Below, piece after piece: positions 41,801 through 52,457 of a DNA stretch of 64,000 nucleotides. The DNA comes from an uncultured Methanosarcinaceae archaeon (GTDB taxonomy: Archaea > Halobacteriota > Methanosarcinia > Methanosarcinales > Methanosarcinaceae): assembly GCA_963721455.1 (NCBI GenBank), contig CAVRJG010000008.1, positions 1 to 64,000 on the forward strand, in the 5' to 3' direction. A model generated the notes under the pieces. That model was not told the DNA's origin. It saw only the letters and a list, made by a program, of their open reading frames with translations, and ran no database searches. The position numbers and the translations under genes were made by a program. Numbering within the stretch: position 1 is the stretch's first letter; the number at the start of each line of letters is the position of its first letter.

Positions 41801-42871
41801 CTGAAGGAAAGTGAACAACGTTACAGGTCTTTTATGAAAAACTTTAGGGGAATTGCTTTCCAGATGGGACTGGATTCCACCCCTATTCTCGTGGACGGAA
41901 GTGTAGAGGAAATTACAGGATACAGAGGAGATGACATTATCTCCGGGAAAGTAGACTGGCGTCAGATTGTTCTCCCTGAATACCGGAAAAGACTTTTTGA
42001 AAATATAGATAAACTAATGAATGACCCTCTGCTTCTTATGGAGCACGAATACCGTATAAAACACAGGGATGGAAAAGTAAGGTGGGTCCGTGAGATTATC
42101 CAGAATGTTTCCGATAAAGGCGAAAAGAGAATCCTGCATGGCTCAATCTACGACATAACCAGGCAAAAAGAAGCCGAAGAGTCCCTGAAAAAAGTAGACG
42201 AAATCCGCAAAAAGGAAATCCATCACCGTATTAAGAACAACCTGCAGGTCATTTCCAGCCTGCTGGAACTCCAGGCAGAAAAGTTCGAGGAAAAGGAAGT
42301 TCTGGAAGCTTTCCGTGAGAGCCAGAACAGGGTCGCCACCATGGCCATAATCCATGAGGAGCTGTACAGGTCAAAAAATAATGAGACCCTTGACTTTTCG
42401 GCATACCTTCAAAAACTGACAGCAGATCTTTTCCGCTCGTACACTGTCAGAAAAGGCGATGTCAGGATGCAGCTGGAGATTGAAGAGACTTTTCTTGGAA
42501 TGGACACGGCAGTTCCTCTCGGGATAATTATTAATGAGCTGGTATCCAATTCTCTTAAACATGCATTTCCTGCGGGTACAAAAGGGGAAATCCGGATAAA
42601 ACTCTGCAGGACTGAAGAGAATGGAGAGAATAAAAGTATAAGTAATAGCACTAATAATATTGATTCTGAAAGTTCAGTTGATAAAAGTATTCAATATTCA
42701 CTGGTAGTTTCGGACAATGGGTTGGGTTTTCCGGAAAATATTGATTTCAGGAATACAGGCTCTCTGGGCCTACAACTCGTAAATATTCTTGTTGAGCAGC
42801 TGGAGGGTGCAATCGAACTTGAAAATGGTGCAGAGACCACTTTCAAGATATTATTTAAGGAGAACGACTGA
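38888..42871 (+). CDS. Cytoplasmic GAF/multi-PAS sensor histidine kinase (HisKA_2 type)
   Basis: GAF, about six PAS/PAC modules, EIHHRIKNNLQ, NELVSNSLKHAF, DNGLG and SLGLQLV. The start may instead be 38933. Confidence 0.93.
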   Translation: MLERGEEIGEKGKEKMTAELSPGNPNPFLKVGKEGTVLCANKAADSLLEYWGIKEGEKVPQALRHSIKRVISQAEPKNFEIQAGETTYAAVLHPFPDGDYLNLQRVDISFRALAEEKLRKRERQYLSLSNLGRISITCKDFQAILEESALLIAQGLDTDFSSILELMPDGNFIMRTGYGWEDDSTGNTIIKGKEKSQAGYTLFSRKPVVLKDIETENRFEFIEFLRHHGVISGVTVLIGDMNKLFGVIEVYSREKREFTVDDIDFLDSAAFLLSGTIERLQAEEKLRVHQQELEKLVERRTLEYTEANENLTQEVAERKKIEKTLRNNLTFLETLLNTIPAPVFYKDNEGRYLGCNDILAKQVLGREKEEIIGKIFPEVYTDPPAELSFGIHENDLELLQKGGSDNSENEIMCADGIKRDFLASRATFPDEDGKKRNMVAVLLDVTELRKIENKLQNNVQFLETLLDSIPSPVFQRDLNEIYVNCNESFARQIMGLPKDVVIGGSFSEFQKRVPKELAEIYYKHDRKLIEKGGSNYYETKVVCADGVQRDYLFHKATYKNSLGKVAGVVGVMLDITQRKAAEKTFRKSEEKYRIAAEQTGQLVYDYDIESERIDWAGAISQITGYSPEEFKKVDLEGWIAHIHKEDQKRAWEAHERCMKTGGKYLEEYRFRKKDGSYFHAEDSCIYLLDEKGRVHRIVGVIKDITERKLAREILERSEERYRAVAVQTGQLIYDYDVKNNHSSWAGAIEELTGYSFEEFQGFTPDIWADHVHPEDREKAAEAHENCMRSGKKYLEEYRFRRKDGSYFYVEDSGVYLKNESCGIYRVLGVMKDVTERKRATERIRRSEEKYRIAAEQTGQIVYDYDIKTEKVDWAGAIAELTGYSFEEFQKVSPEIWTEHIHPDDREKVIENVSIFFEKGERLREEFRFRRKDGSYIYVEDRGVLLRDEKGSAYRLLGVMKDITEMKLASEKLKESEQRYRSFMKNFRGIAFQMGLDSTPILVDGSVEEITGYRGDDIISGKVDWRQIVLPEYRKRLFENIDKLMNDPLLLMEHEYRIKHRDGKVRWVREIIQNVSDKGEKRILHGSIYDITRQKEAEESLKKVDEIRKKEIHHRIKNNLQVISSLLELQAEKFEEKEVLEAFRESQNRVATMAIIHEELYRSKNNETLDFSAYLQKLTADLFRSYTVRKGDVRMQLEIEETFLGMDTAVPLGIIINELVSNSLKHAFPAGTKGEIRIKLCRTEENGENKSISNSTNNIDSESSVDKSIQYSLVVSDNGLGFPENIDFRNTGSLGLQLVNILVEQLEGAIELENGAETTFKILFKEND

Positions 42872-42909
42872 TTGTCCAGAGGCTTATTCGATATCAAAGG
42901 GGTGATACA

Positions 42910-43317
42910 ATGACAAAAGCAAAAATTCTGGTTGTCGAAGACCAGAATATCGTGGCTCTTAACATTAGAAATAAGCTGAAAAATCTGGGTTATACTGTGC
43001 CAGGTACTGCGTCCACAGGAGAGGAAGCCATAAGAAAAGCAGAGCTGACGAATGCAGACCTTGTTTTGATGGACATCATGTTAAAAGGGGAGATGGATGG
43101 AATTGAAGCTGCCCGTGAGATTAAAACCAGGCTCCGAATTCCAATACTTTATCTGACTGCCTATACTGATGATGAGACTCTCGAGAGGGCAAAAACGACA
43201 GAGCCGGCAGGGTATATCTCAAAACCTTTTAAGGAAGAAGACCTGCACAGCAATATAGAAATGGCTCTCCACAAACACAGAGCCGAAAGAAAAGAAAATG
43301 AAACCGTTAATGAATAA
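42910..43317 (+). CDS. Single-domain response regulator
   Basis: VVEDQ, LMDIML (phospho-Asp), LTA and KPF. Confidence 0.93.
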   Translation: MTKAKILVVEDQNIVALNIRNKLKNLGYTVPGTASTGEEAIRKAELTNADLVLMDIMLKGEMDGIEAAREIKTRLRIPILYLTAYTDDETLERAKTTEPAGYISKPFKEEDLHSNIEMALHKHRAERKENETVNE

Positions 43318-43980
43318 ATTTTTTAAAATATAAAATGGCCTGCTGCGTCTGCATGAGAAAATTTTAAAGGAAAAAACCTTGCAGGAGACAGGAAGTTAGA
43401 AAGCCCGAGAATGCGGAGTTAAAAGTTAAAAGTAGAAAAAATAACCTCCGACAATAAGGGAAGAATTATCTGAAGGCCTTTTATACGAGAGAAGAAAGGC
43501 ATGATTTTTCACATTAAAAGCCCGGACTTTTCCGGGATAAATGAGAGAAATTTGCCATATTGAAACTAAAAGTTTCTTTTTTCAAGAAGATTTTTTACTG
43601 AAAAATTCTCATTTAATTTCTATTTCTACTCGATCAGACTCAGCTGAAATTATGCTAAGGTACCCCTTTCAGGGATAGATACGCCATTTTGGGGCGGGCA
43701 TTGGAAAATAGTTTAGACAAACCAGGAAATAGTAAGATTAATAAAAAATGAATTTAATAAGTGTATGCAGTTTTCATTGGCGGCATCACAGACAACCGGG
43801 GATTCAGGAAAATATTAATCTCAAAAGTATAATCTATTGGCTTGAAGCCTGGGTTACTTTGTTGAGGGGAGATAAACATCTAGAGAACCGGGCAGAATGT
43901 TATCGAGGATTAGATAAAACGGAAAATTGATGGAAAAAGCGGGAAATGGTTCAAAAAACTAAGATAAACGGGGTGAGGAA

Positions 43981-44370
43981 ATAGATAAAGCAAAAATTCT
44001 GGTCGTTGAAGACCAGACCATTGTGGCCCTGAATATTAAAAACAGGCTGAGAAACCTGGGGTATGCCGTCTCCGGTACCGCGATTTCAGGGGAAGAAGCA
44101 ATACGGGAAACCGAACTCACAAATGCTGACCTTGTTTTGATGGACATTATGCTAAAAGGGGAGATGGACGGGATTGAAGCAACCCGGATTATTAAATCAC
44201 GCTTCGGAATACCAGTAATTTACCTCACTGCCTGTACGGATATTGAGAACCTCGAGCGAGCAAAGCTAACAGAACCTGAGGGATATATCTCAAAGCCCTT
44301 CAAAGAGGAAGACCTTTACAGGAATATCGAGATAGCTCTCCATAAAAACCGGCCAATAAAGAAAAATTGA
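43981..44370 (+). CDS. Second single-domain response regulator (paralog) with ATA at the start position
   Basis: GGGGTGA RBS, then ATA GAT AAA GCA AAA ATT CTG (paralog reads ATG ACA AAA GCA...). In-frame TAA at 43960. Confidence 0.8.
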   Translation: MDKAKILVVEDQTIVALNIKNRLRNLGYAVSGTAISGEEAIRETELTNADLVLMDIMLKGEMDGIEATRIIKSRFGIPVIYLTACTDIENLERAKLTEPEGYISKPFKEEDLYRNIEIALHKNRPIKKN

Positions 44371-44527
44371 GAAGAAGTTTAAACGTCTAAACCGTCCGAA
44401 AACTGCAAATTCAAAGCTAAAATTTTCCAGGAATAATTATAAAGTGCAAATCCTGCTTATATCAAAATTAGTAATATAACTGGTAAAAAATTAAAAAGTT
44501 AATTAAGAAAAAGAACGGACGCTTTTT

Positions 44528-45847
44528 TCAGAGCTTAAGGACTTTTGTGGTCTTCAGAGCATTGGAAACCATGGTTTCGATATCCATTTTTTTCTCTTCA
44601 AGCATGATTAGGTCGTAATTTGCCTTTACTTCGGGATGCTCCGGAACAGCAGCACAGGTGCCTGCTGGCCGACTGGAGATATCGTAGGTTCCGATTTTGC
44701 GGGCAATATCCATAATCTCGGTTTTGTCAAAGGCGATCAAAGGGTGGTAGATAGGGATAGCAAGCTCATATATTTCGGCATACATATTGGCAGCAGTCTG
44801 GGAAGCTACCTGTCCCAGGGAAGAGCCGGTGATAATCCCACTTGCGCCTTCTTTTTTCATAACCTCGTAGGCTTCTCTGTACATCATGCGTTTGCAGAGA
44901 AGGCAGGTATTTTTCCGGTTGCAGATGTCGATAAAAGACTGGAGATTGGGGCCGTGGGGGATCTCATAAGTCGTAAACTGATGCTCTGGAGCCCACTTCT
45001 GGAGCTGGCGAATACAATCAAAAGCACGCTCTCTTGCGGCATTCTCGGCATAAGGAGAATTGTTGCAGTAAACAGGAATAATCATAACTCCGCGTTTCAT
45101 CATAAGCCAGGCTGCGACCGGAGAATCAAGCCCGCCTGACATTAAAACTACCATGCTGCCCTGGGTCCCGAGAGGAAGCCCTCCGACTCCTTTAAATGTC
45201 TCCAGGTAAACGTAAGCCAGATTTTGCCGCATTTCGACGAAAATCTCCTTATCGGGAGAACTCAGGTTAACTACGGGATGTTTTCCTTTTTTTTCCAGGG
45301 CACTCCAGACAGCATCCCCACAGGTCTTACCGATATCCGCTGAAGAAAAAGGATGGTTTCCGCTTCTCCTGGCCCTGATAGCAAAAGACTCGCCTTCTCG
45401 AACCAGGTCCTGAGCCAGGGCGGCACACACACTGGCAGCGCTCTCAAGTGTGGGCTCGGCGGCTGTCACTGCAGGGGAAGTTGAGACAATACCAAAGACA
45501 TCAGCCGCTGCTCCGGCGGCACGGGCATCGGTACTCTCAATAAATATCCTGCCCCATTCCCTCCGTATCTGGGAATATGGAATACCTCTCGAATCCAGCA
45601 TCGCCGCAATATTCTTCACAAGGATTTTCTCATACCAGTTCCGGACTCCGGGACTTTTAAGAGCGAGTTCTCCGTAGCGGATTATAACTACATCTGCTGG
45701 AACTCCAGAACCGAAGTGAGAGAGACCGGAACCAGGGTTATCCCCATTTTCGGTATTAATCTTTGGTGTGTTCTTGCTTTCTCTTTCTCTCGATGCATGA
45801 AAATCAGGCTCAAGTTTTGCTTTTATCTCATTGGAATTGTCTGTCAT
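44528..45847 (-). CDS. thiI: tRNA 4-thiouridine synthase
   Basis: IRYGELALKS, THUMP domain, SGGLDS PP-loop, CLLC and GSSLGQVASQT. Confidence 0.95.
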   Translation of the reverse strand: MTDNSNEIKAKLEPDFHASRERESKNTPKINTENGDNPGSGLSHFGSGVPADVVIIRYGELALKSPGVRNWYEKILVKNIAAMLDSRGIPYSQIRREWGRIFIESTDARAAGAAADVFGIVSTSPAVTAAEPTLESAASVCAALAQDLVREGESFAIRARRSGNHPFSSADIGKTCGDAVWSALEKKGKHPVVNLSSPDKEIFVEMRQNLAYVYLETFKGVGGLPLGTQGSMVVLMSGGLDSPVAAWLMMKRGVMIIPVYCNNSPYAENAARERAFDCIRQLQKWAPEHQFTTYEIPHGPNLQSFIDICNRKNTCLLCKRMMYREAYEVMKKEGASGIITGSSLGQVASQTAANMYAEIYELAIPIYHPLIAFDKTEIMDIARKIGTYDISSRPAGTCAAVPEHPEVKANYDLIMLEEKKMDIETMVSNALKTTKVLKL

Positions 45848-46203
45848 GGGTACTTACGGATAGGATGGCATGGAGTTTAAAGTTTTCAGGAAAAAGAATT
45901 TTGTCCCTGAGAGCAGAAAACGAATAAGCCCGGGCAACAGTAAAAAAATAGATAGAAATTTTTGAGCGTAATAATGCCCTATTTTACGGAGAACTGAAGA
46001 AATATACAAAAACTTTAAGATTGCATAGAATAAAAGTGAATATTTATTACTATTACTCACTACAAAAAGATAATTTGTTATGTAAATTTCCTGAGGAAAA
46101 ATTATGCCGATATGTATCCACTGCATACCGGAAAAGATCCTTAGCTTTCAATTTCCCGGAATTCAGGCTTTAACTGGCTTCCGGAATAGACCATTCTACA
46201 CTA

Positions 46204-49200
46204 TTACTTTCGCTCATTATTTTCGCTATTATTTTCGCTATTATTTTTACTATTATTTTCGTTATTATTTTCGCGTCCTTCATCAAGTTCGGGGATGTAC
46301 CGGTACCCGCTGCCCTGGATTCCCGGACCCTCGTCCGGTTCCGGGATATACTCGCTGGCATTGTTTTCCAGGTTATCATAAGGCTCCCGGAGAGTTCCTG
46401 GCTGCCGGGACATGTCTGTCATGTTCATACTTACGTTCTCCGAAAAATTTTCATCTCCCCCGTACCACCTTGAGGGCAGGGAATAATCCAGGCTGTCATT
46501 ATAAGTATCAGGAAGGAAGAATCTGGTCCCTCTTTCCTGCAGAGCTTCCACAAAACCGGGATCGATTTCATCAAGCTTCGCCTTGCACACAGCAGCCTCA
46601 TCTAATTTCTTTATGTTGTAAAGGGCAAAACGTTTGTTGTAGAGGGTTGAAGATGAGTTAGGGTTGATTGCAAGAGCACTGTCATAACATGTAATTGCTT
46701 CTTCAACTTCCCCCATCACATTATGGATGTACCCTTTATTATACCAGGCTGTGATGCAGTCAGGTTTAAGCTGGACCACTTTGTCGAAGCAGTTCAGGGC
46801 AGCATTATTGCCGCTTATTGTTAAGTAAGCACATCCCTGGAAATACCAGGCTGTAGCATTGTCGGGATTATACTCCAGGGCTTTATTGTAGCAATCAATG
46901 GCTTCCTGGTGTCTCTCAAGCTTGTAGAAAGCAAAACCTTTATTATTATATGCATTTATATTCGCAGGGTCCAGCTCAAGGATCCTGTCGTAGCAGTCAA
47001 TTGCTCCCTCGAAATCTCCGCCGTTTTCCAGAGCTTTTCCCTTCCTGTAAATTATCTCCCTGTTACCTGGTGAAATTTCAAGCATTCTCTCATAATTTTC
47101 AGCAGCTTCCTCATACCTGCCAAGCTCCTCAAATAAAGAGGCTTTATCAGCCAGGACTTTTGAATTATCAGGCTGAAGCTCCAGGATTTTATCGTAGTCT
47201 GCCAGCGCGTCGTCGGATTTACCGGATTTCGACAGAGCAAGAGCCCGGTTCTCCAGAGCTCCAAGGTTTTCAGGCTGAGAATCAAGGAGAGCGGTGTAAC
47301 AGGAGATTGCCTCCTCATACCTGCCGAGGTTTGAGAGGGCCAGACATTTCCCATAGAGAGCCTCTGAATTGCTTGAGTTCAGAGCAAGCACCTGGTCATA
47401 GTAATTGACAGCCTCTTCCGATCTTCCGAGATTGTTTACAGCAGAGGCTATCCCGTACCAGGCAGTACTTGACTGGGGATCGAGATCCAGGGCTTTTTTG
47501 TAGCATTCCAGAGCTTCCTCGCCCCTTCCGAGCCTGTCAAGCACCGAGCCCTTTTCATACCATGCCTCAGGACGTGAAGGGTTAATCGCGAGCGCCATAT
47601 CATAAGAGGTAAGGGCATCCTCGTACAGTCCAAGTTTACTGTAGGTAGAAGCCTTCCCATACCATGCCGCATCATAACCGAATTCCGGACTAAATAAGTT
47701 CAGATTTTCGGAAAATTCCGAATCGTCCCCTGAATTCGCATACCTGTAATTCAGAAGATAAGCCCAGAAGCCTCCTGAAAGTGTCTGGACTGGATTGGCA
47801 TCAGCGCTGTTATTTGTAACAGGCCCGGATACAGGAGTTTCTGTTGAACGTAGTTCCATGTTTTTGTTCAACTTAAAACGGGCAGCAGAATACCCGGGAT
47901 TGATCAGAAGAGTCTGGTTGTAGCAGCCTGAAGCTTCCTCGTGCTTTCCGAGCTGATCAAGGACAAGGCCTTTATTGTAGCAGGCATCAGCACTGTCAGG
48001 GGCAGCAATAAGGACCCTATTGTAACACTCAAGCGAGTTTTCGTATTCTCCTAGCTTTGCCAGGGCAAATGCCCGGCCGTACCATGCAAGTGGATAGTTT
48101 TCGTCAAGTTCGAGAGCTTTATCGTAGCTTTTTATCGCACCTTTGTAGTCTTTGATTTTTGAAGAGTCGAAACCTTTTCTGTACCAGACTTTAGCGTACC
48201 CGGAATCCAGCTTCAGGGCTTGATCATAACACTCAGCCGCCTCTTCATACCTGCCAAGCCTGTCAAAGTCCAGGCCTTTCATGTACCAGACCACAGCATG
48301 TCCTGACTCGGTTTCGAGAACCTTGTCATAACACTTAAGCGCAGCCTCGTAATTTTCAAGCTTATCAAAAGACAGCCCTTTATCGTACCATATCTTGACT
48401 GTGGGAGACTTAAACGCAGGAGTTTCAGGGTAAGATGGAAGCGCAGATTCGTAAACGCTCAGGTTTTCGAGCAGGTCACCTCCGATCTCCTCCACTTCAA
48501 TCCCCACGTCCGGGTTAAGGGCCCTGTCATAACAGACTATTGCAGCATCATACTGCCCGGTCTTATTAAGCAGATAGCCTTTACTGTACCAGGCTTCGGA
48601 GTTGCCAGGATTATAGGCCAGTACCTCATCGTAGCACTGGAGAGATTCGTCGTTTCTCCCAAGCTTTTCGAGGCATAAGCCTTTTTTCTGCAAGGCTTCG
48701 AGGTTTTCAGGCCCTGAAAGAAGAACAAAATCATAGCAGTTAAGAGCCTCCTGATACATTTCCATCCTTTCGAGGTTCACACCTTTATTGTACCAGGCAT
48801 TTACCATATCAGGATTAAAGGAAATTGCCCTGTCATAGCACTCTATTGCAGCTTCGTAATTGTCGGATTTGTCAAAAATAACTCCTTTCTGGTACCAGAG
48901 TTCATAGTCGTCAGGAGTAATGTCAAGAGCCCTGTCAAAGCATTTCATTGCTTCTTCGTATTGTTCAAGTCCGGCACAAGCCATCCCTTCCATAAGTAGA
49001 GATCTGGAAGAATTTGAGTTCAGTTCAATAGATTTCTCATAAGAAGCAAGGGTTTGCTGGTCAAGGTTAAGCTGCTCAGAAGCAAGGGCTTTCCGGAACC
49101 AGATTGTGGAAAGGTAGGTATCCTCAGCGAGGCTTTTATCATAACAATTAATAGCCTCGATATATTTGTTTAGCTCAAAAAGCTCATTACCTTTATCATG

Positions 49201-49605
49201 CAAGTTCCCGGAAGAAACCGGAACGGTCACAAGAGCCATGTCGTAAGAGTCAATTGCTTCTTCATTTCTTCCTAATCCGGCCAGAGAACATCCTTTTCCA
49301 TACCAGGCCATTGAAGAACCAGGGTCAATCTTGAGTGCATCGTTATAAGAGCCCAAAGAAAGCTCGTATTCTTTCAGAGAATATAATGCATGGCCTTTAT
49401 CTATCAGGCCTTCTACAGAAACCGGATGCTGTGCCATTACCTCATCAAGACTGGGCACAGCTTCGGTCCCTTTGCTATCTTCAACAACCAATTTGTGATT
49501 TGCAACAGCTCCTGCTGCAGGTAAAAAACCTGAAAAGAAATATAACATAACAGCAAGGAGAATTAAAGAATTAAAGATCAAATTATTTTCTTTAATTGAG
49601 CTCAT
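46204..49605 (-). CDS. Large TPR-repeat protein with signal peptide
   Basis: Many W-Y-x-K-G...A..CYD.AL repeats; hydrophobic N-terminus; Asn-rich tail encoded by 12-bp repeats. Confidence 0.9.
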   Translation of the reverse strand: MSSIKENNLIFNSLILLAVMLYFFSGFLPAAGAVANHKLVVEDSKGTEAVPSLDEVMAQHPVSVEGLIDKGHALYSLKEYELSLGSYNDALKIDPGSSMAWYGKGCSLAGLGRNEEAIDSYDMALVTVPVSSGNLHDKGNELFELNKYIEAINCYDKSLAEDTYLSTIWFRKALASEQLNLDQQTLASYEKSIELNSNSSRSLLMEGMACAGLEQYEEAMKCFDRALDITPDDYELWYQKGVIFDKSDNYEAAIECYDRAISFNPDMVNAWYNKGVNLERMEMYQEALNCYDFVLLSGPENLEALQKKGLCLEKLGRNDESLQCYDEVLAYNPGNSEAWYSKGYLLNKTGQYDAAIVCYDRALNPDVGIEVEEIGGDLLENLSVYESALPSYPETPAFKSPTVKIWYDKGLSFDKLENYEAALKCYDKVLETESGHAVVWYMKGLDFDRLGRYEEAAECYDQALKLDSGYAKVWYRKGFDSSKIKDYKGAIKSYDKALELDENYPLAWYGRAFALAKLGEYENSLECYNRVLIAAPDSADACYNKGLVLDQLGKHEEASGCYNQTLLINPGYSAARFKLNKNMELRSTETPVSGPVTNNSADANPVQTLSGGFWAYLLNYRYANSGDDSEFSENLNLFSPEFGYDAAWYGKASTYSKLGLYEDALTSYDMALAINPSRPEAWYEKGSVLDRLGRGEEALECYKKALDLDPQSSTAWYGIASAVNNLGRSEEAVNYYDQVLALNSSNSEALYGKCLALSNLGRYEEAISCYTALLDSQPENLGALENRALALSKSGKSDDALADYDKILELQPDNSKVLADKASLFEELGRYEEAAENYERMLEISPGNREIIYRKGKALENGGDFEGAIDCYDRILELDPANINAYNNKGFAFYKLERHQEAIDCYNKALEYNPDNATAWYFQGCAYLTISGNNAALNCFDKVVQLKPDCITAWYNKGYIHNVMGEVEEAITCYDSALAINPNSSSTLYNKRFALYNIKKLDEAAVCKAKLDEIDPGFVEALQERGTRFFLPDTYNDSLDYSLPSRWYGGDENFSENVSMNMTDMSRQPGTLREPYDNLENNASEYIPEPDEGPGIQGSGYRYIPELDEGRENNNENNSKNNSENNSENNERK

Positions 49606-49989
49606 TAAATACCCCGATTTATTCTAATGAGTTCTTACTGAAAGTTTTCATAAAGAGTCTTTTACTATCATTTACAATCACTACCCTGTGCAGTTTCATA
49701 ACTGCGTAAATGAGAATATTCAGAGAATAAAAGTAACTAGAAAATTCCTTTTGTTCCCCCCGTAGATAGTTTGCCCAGTTTGAGTGGATCTTTCTCAGAT
49801 ATTTTCCATACATAGTTATTTAATTTTAGAAGTAACCCCATATATAATTTATGTAGTTTAAAAAGAATTACCAGATTTTTACTATATTTAGCGCAACAGT
49901 ATATTATTGTTATAGAAATAATATATAGTAAGATAAAAACCTGCAAATCTGCGCAAAGTATTATACATCAAGATTCCTATTGCAGAAGC

Positions 49990-50832
49990 ATGCAGAAGGA
50001 AGACCTGGAATATTTCAGAAAATGGTTTCTGGATTATGTAAACCGATTCTCTTCTCCTGACTCTTTTATCCGGGAAAACATCACTCTGAAAATCGAGCAT
50101 ACGGCAAGAGTTTGTGAAAATATCCTTTTACTTGCTAAAGCTGAAAAAATTGGCGAAGAAGGTTACAGGCTCGCCGAAACAATAGCTTTATTTCATGATC
50201 TGGGCCGCTTTGAGCAGTTTATGAAATATAAAACGTTCAAAGACTCGGAATCAGAAAATCATGCCCTTCTTGGGGTAAAAATCCTGAAAAATACGGGAAT
50301 TCTTACCAACCTTCCCCTAAAAGAGAAGGATTTCATTATAAAAGCTGTGGAATACCATAATCTTATGGAAATTCCCGGATGTGCAGAGAGTTTCGAAGAG
50401 CTTCTTTTTTACTCAAGACTAATCCGGGATGCGGATAAGCTGGATATCCTGAAACTTACGAGTGAAGATTATGAGAAAGAGGAGAAATGCAGGAATCCGG
50501 CCCTTGGGTTCGATATGCCCGATACGCCCGGGTGTTCAGAAAACATAGTTGCGGACATCCTGAATAACAGGATGGCAAAGATTCGAGACGCCAGAAACCA
50601 GAACGATTTAAAACTCCTTCGCCTTAGCTGGATTTTTGACATTAACTTTCCTGCGACTTTTGCCCTCCTCAAAGAACGCGGCTACCTTGATACAATTTTA
50701 TCCTCCCTGCCGGGAACAGAAGAAGTGTATATTATACGCAGACATCTAGATAACTGTTTGAATGAAGCTGAAATAAATGCCAGAACAGGGGCCATAAGCC
50801 TTAAAGATGTAAATCGGAGTGAACCGGGATAA
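49990..50832 (+). CDS. HD-domain phosphohydrolase
   Basis: HTARV, FHDLGRF, NHA, YHN and RDADKLD. Confidence 0.9.
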   Translation: MQKEDLEYFRKWFLDYVNRFSSPDSFIRENITLKIEHTARVCENILLLAKAEKIGEEGYRLAETIALFHDLGRFEQFMKYKTFKDSESENHALLGVKILKNTGILTNLPLKEKDFIIKAVEYHNLMEIPGCAESFEELLFYSRLIRDADKLDILKLTSEDYEKEEKCRNPALGFDMPDTPGCSENIVADILNNRMAKIRDARNQNDLKLLRLSWIFDINFPATFALLKERGYLDTILSSLPGTEEVYIIRRHLDNCLNEAEINARTGAISLKDVNRSEPG

Positions 50833-50902
50833 AAGAAGGAGAAGAACAACATAAGAAATTTGAAAAATCGTTTATCTGGAGAAGAGGAATTCACTCCGCA
50901 AT

Positions 50903-51049
50903 TCACTCCATATATCTTCTACGGTATTCATTGCCCAGACTGCGCCGGTAATCCGAACGAACCTGGCTTCTTGACTGTTCTTCAAGCATTGATTCCAGGG
51001 AATCTTCTTTCAGTTCATCCTGTCTACAGCGATCTTTTTCCTCTGTCAT
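50903..51049 (-). CDS. Small charged hypothetical protein (48 aa)
   Basis: GGGGTGA RBS then MTEEKDRCRQDELKEDSLESMLEEQ...RRRYME. Confidence 0.55.
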   Translation of the reverse strand: MTEEKDRCRQDELKEDSLESMLEEQSRSQVRSDYRRSLGNEYRRRYME

Positions 51050-51182
51050 ATTAAAATCACCCCTGTCTTCACCAAATAAAAACATATTTTTGTTGTAATT
51101 TATACTTTTATGTAAATTTACTGTTTCACCATTTTAAGTAGAGTTTTCATGTTCTTCTTTCCGGGCCAGGGCCCAAAGAAGT

Positions 51183-51932
51183 TCAGGTCCTATCGATTGC
51201 CTTGAGTCCGGAAGGCTGTTCAATAAATTCCACCTCAATGCCGGGAAGTTCGCGCAGCCTGGAACATAAAGCCTCCATACCCGGGTTTTCCGTGGCATAA
51301 TGAGTAGCGTCAATCAGGCAGAGGTCCCCGTAAGCGCGGAGAACCTCATGCTTAAGTTCGGAAGATACAAAAGCATCAATTTTATTTGCCCTGGCAATTT
51401 CAAGGAACTCACTCCTGAAACCGCTACCTCCGATGACCATCACCCGCCTGATATTTTCTCTTTCTCCGGCATACATTACAGGAGTTTGCAGGCACTCTGA
51501 GACACGGGCTGCCAGTTCAGCCGAAGAACATGGTTCGATTTCACCTATCCTACCTATTTCCGCAGTTTCTATGTTCCTGAGCCCAAGCCTTGCAGCAAGC
51601 ACATCATTGACACCACCTTCAGCCCTGTCGTAATTTGTGTGCATGCTGTAAAGGGATATCCTGTTCTCAAGGGCAATCTCGAGGGATTCTGCCAGAGTTT
51701 TTGAAATTTTGTTTATCGGATGAAAGATAAGGGTGTGGTGAGTAATAAGCAGATCTGCCCTCATTTCTGCGGCTTTTTTAAGGACGTAAGAGTTGGCATC
51801 GAGGGCGACTGCGATCCTCTCTACATTGTTTTCCAGGCCGAGAATTAGTCCGATCCTGCCTTCGTCAAAGTCATCAGCAAGTTCAGGTGGCGCAATTTCT
51901 TCGAGAATTTCTACAATATTTACAAGTTCCAT
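51183..51932 (-). CDS. Nif3-like dinuclear metal center protein
   Basis: ITHH, HTNYD, GGSG and HYATE. Confidence 0.92.
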   Translation of the reverse strand: MELVNIVEILEEIAPPELADDFDEGRIGLILGLENNVERIAVALDANSYVLKKAAEMRADLLITHHTLIFHPINKISKTLAESLEIALENRISLYSMHTNYDRAEGGVNDVLAARLGLRNIETAEIGRIGEIEPCSSAELAARVSECLQTPVMYAGERENIRRVMVIGGSGFRSEFLEIARANKIDAFVSSELKHEVLRAYGDLCLIDATHYATENPGMEALCSRLRELPGIEVEFIEQPSGLKAIDRT

Positions 51933-52457
51933 GAAAAAGACCTCCGGCAGCCGGACGAAGCTGGGTTCTCTTCAGTTTGGATTTGAAATACCTTCTCCCG
52001 GTTCGGCCAGTGACACACCGCCTTAAAAAGAAAACACCTCTGATATTAGAAGCTTATTGAAGTTTTTCCAAATCATTACAAAAAATTGAAATACCATATA
52101 CTAAGATATTTTATAGAGTTTTGACAAAATATCTTATTAAAACGACCTTAAAAATAAACATCGAAAACCAGCGAATTACAGGATTAGAAATAATAAAGTT
52201 AGACTGTAATAAGAAAACGGTGAAATCATATTTATAAAAGCAATAGCGGGTTAAAAAACTATAAATTATGAGGGATGTGCTGGGGCAAAAACAATGCGGC
52301 GAATAATAAAATACGGCTTTGGCAATTAATCATTTAGTAAATATTTATATTTTGGTGATATAAATATTTAAGAAGCCGTAACCATCGCAGAAGCTCAAAA
52401 TCCATGCTTCCAGTGCACAGATCCGGTATAAAAGTGTCAAATTCAAGGAAGGTAATT

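Noticed and set aside
43320-43960. sRNA or ORF in the long spacer between the response regulators
   Set aside because: Only short, weak dyads and a motif-less 60-aa ORF; not supportable from sequence alone.
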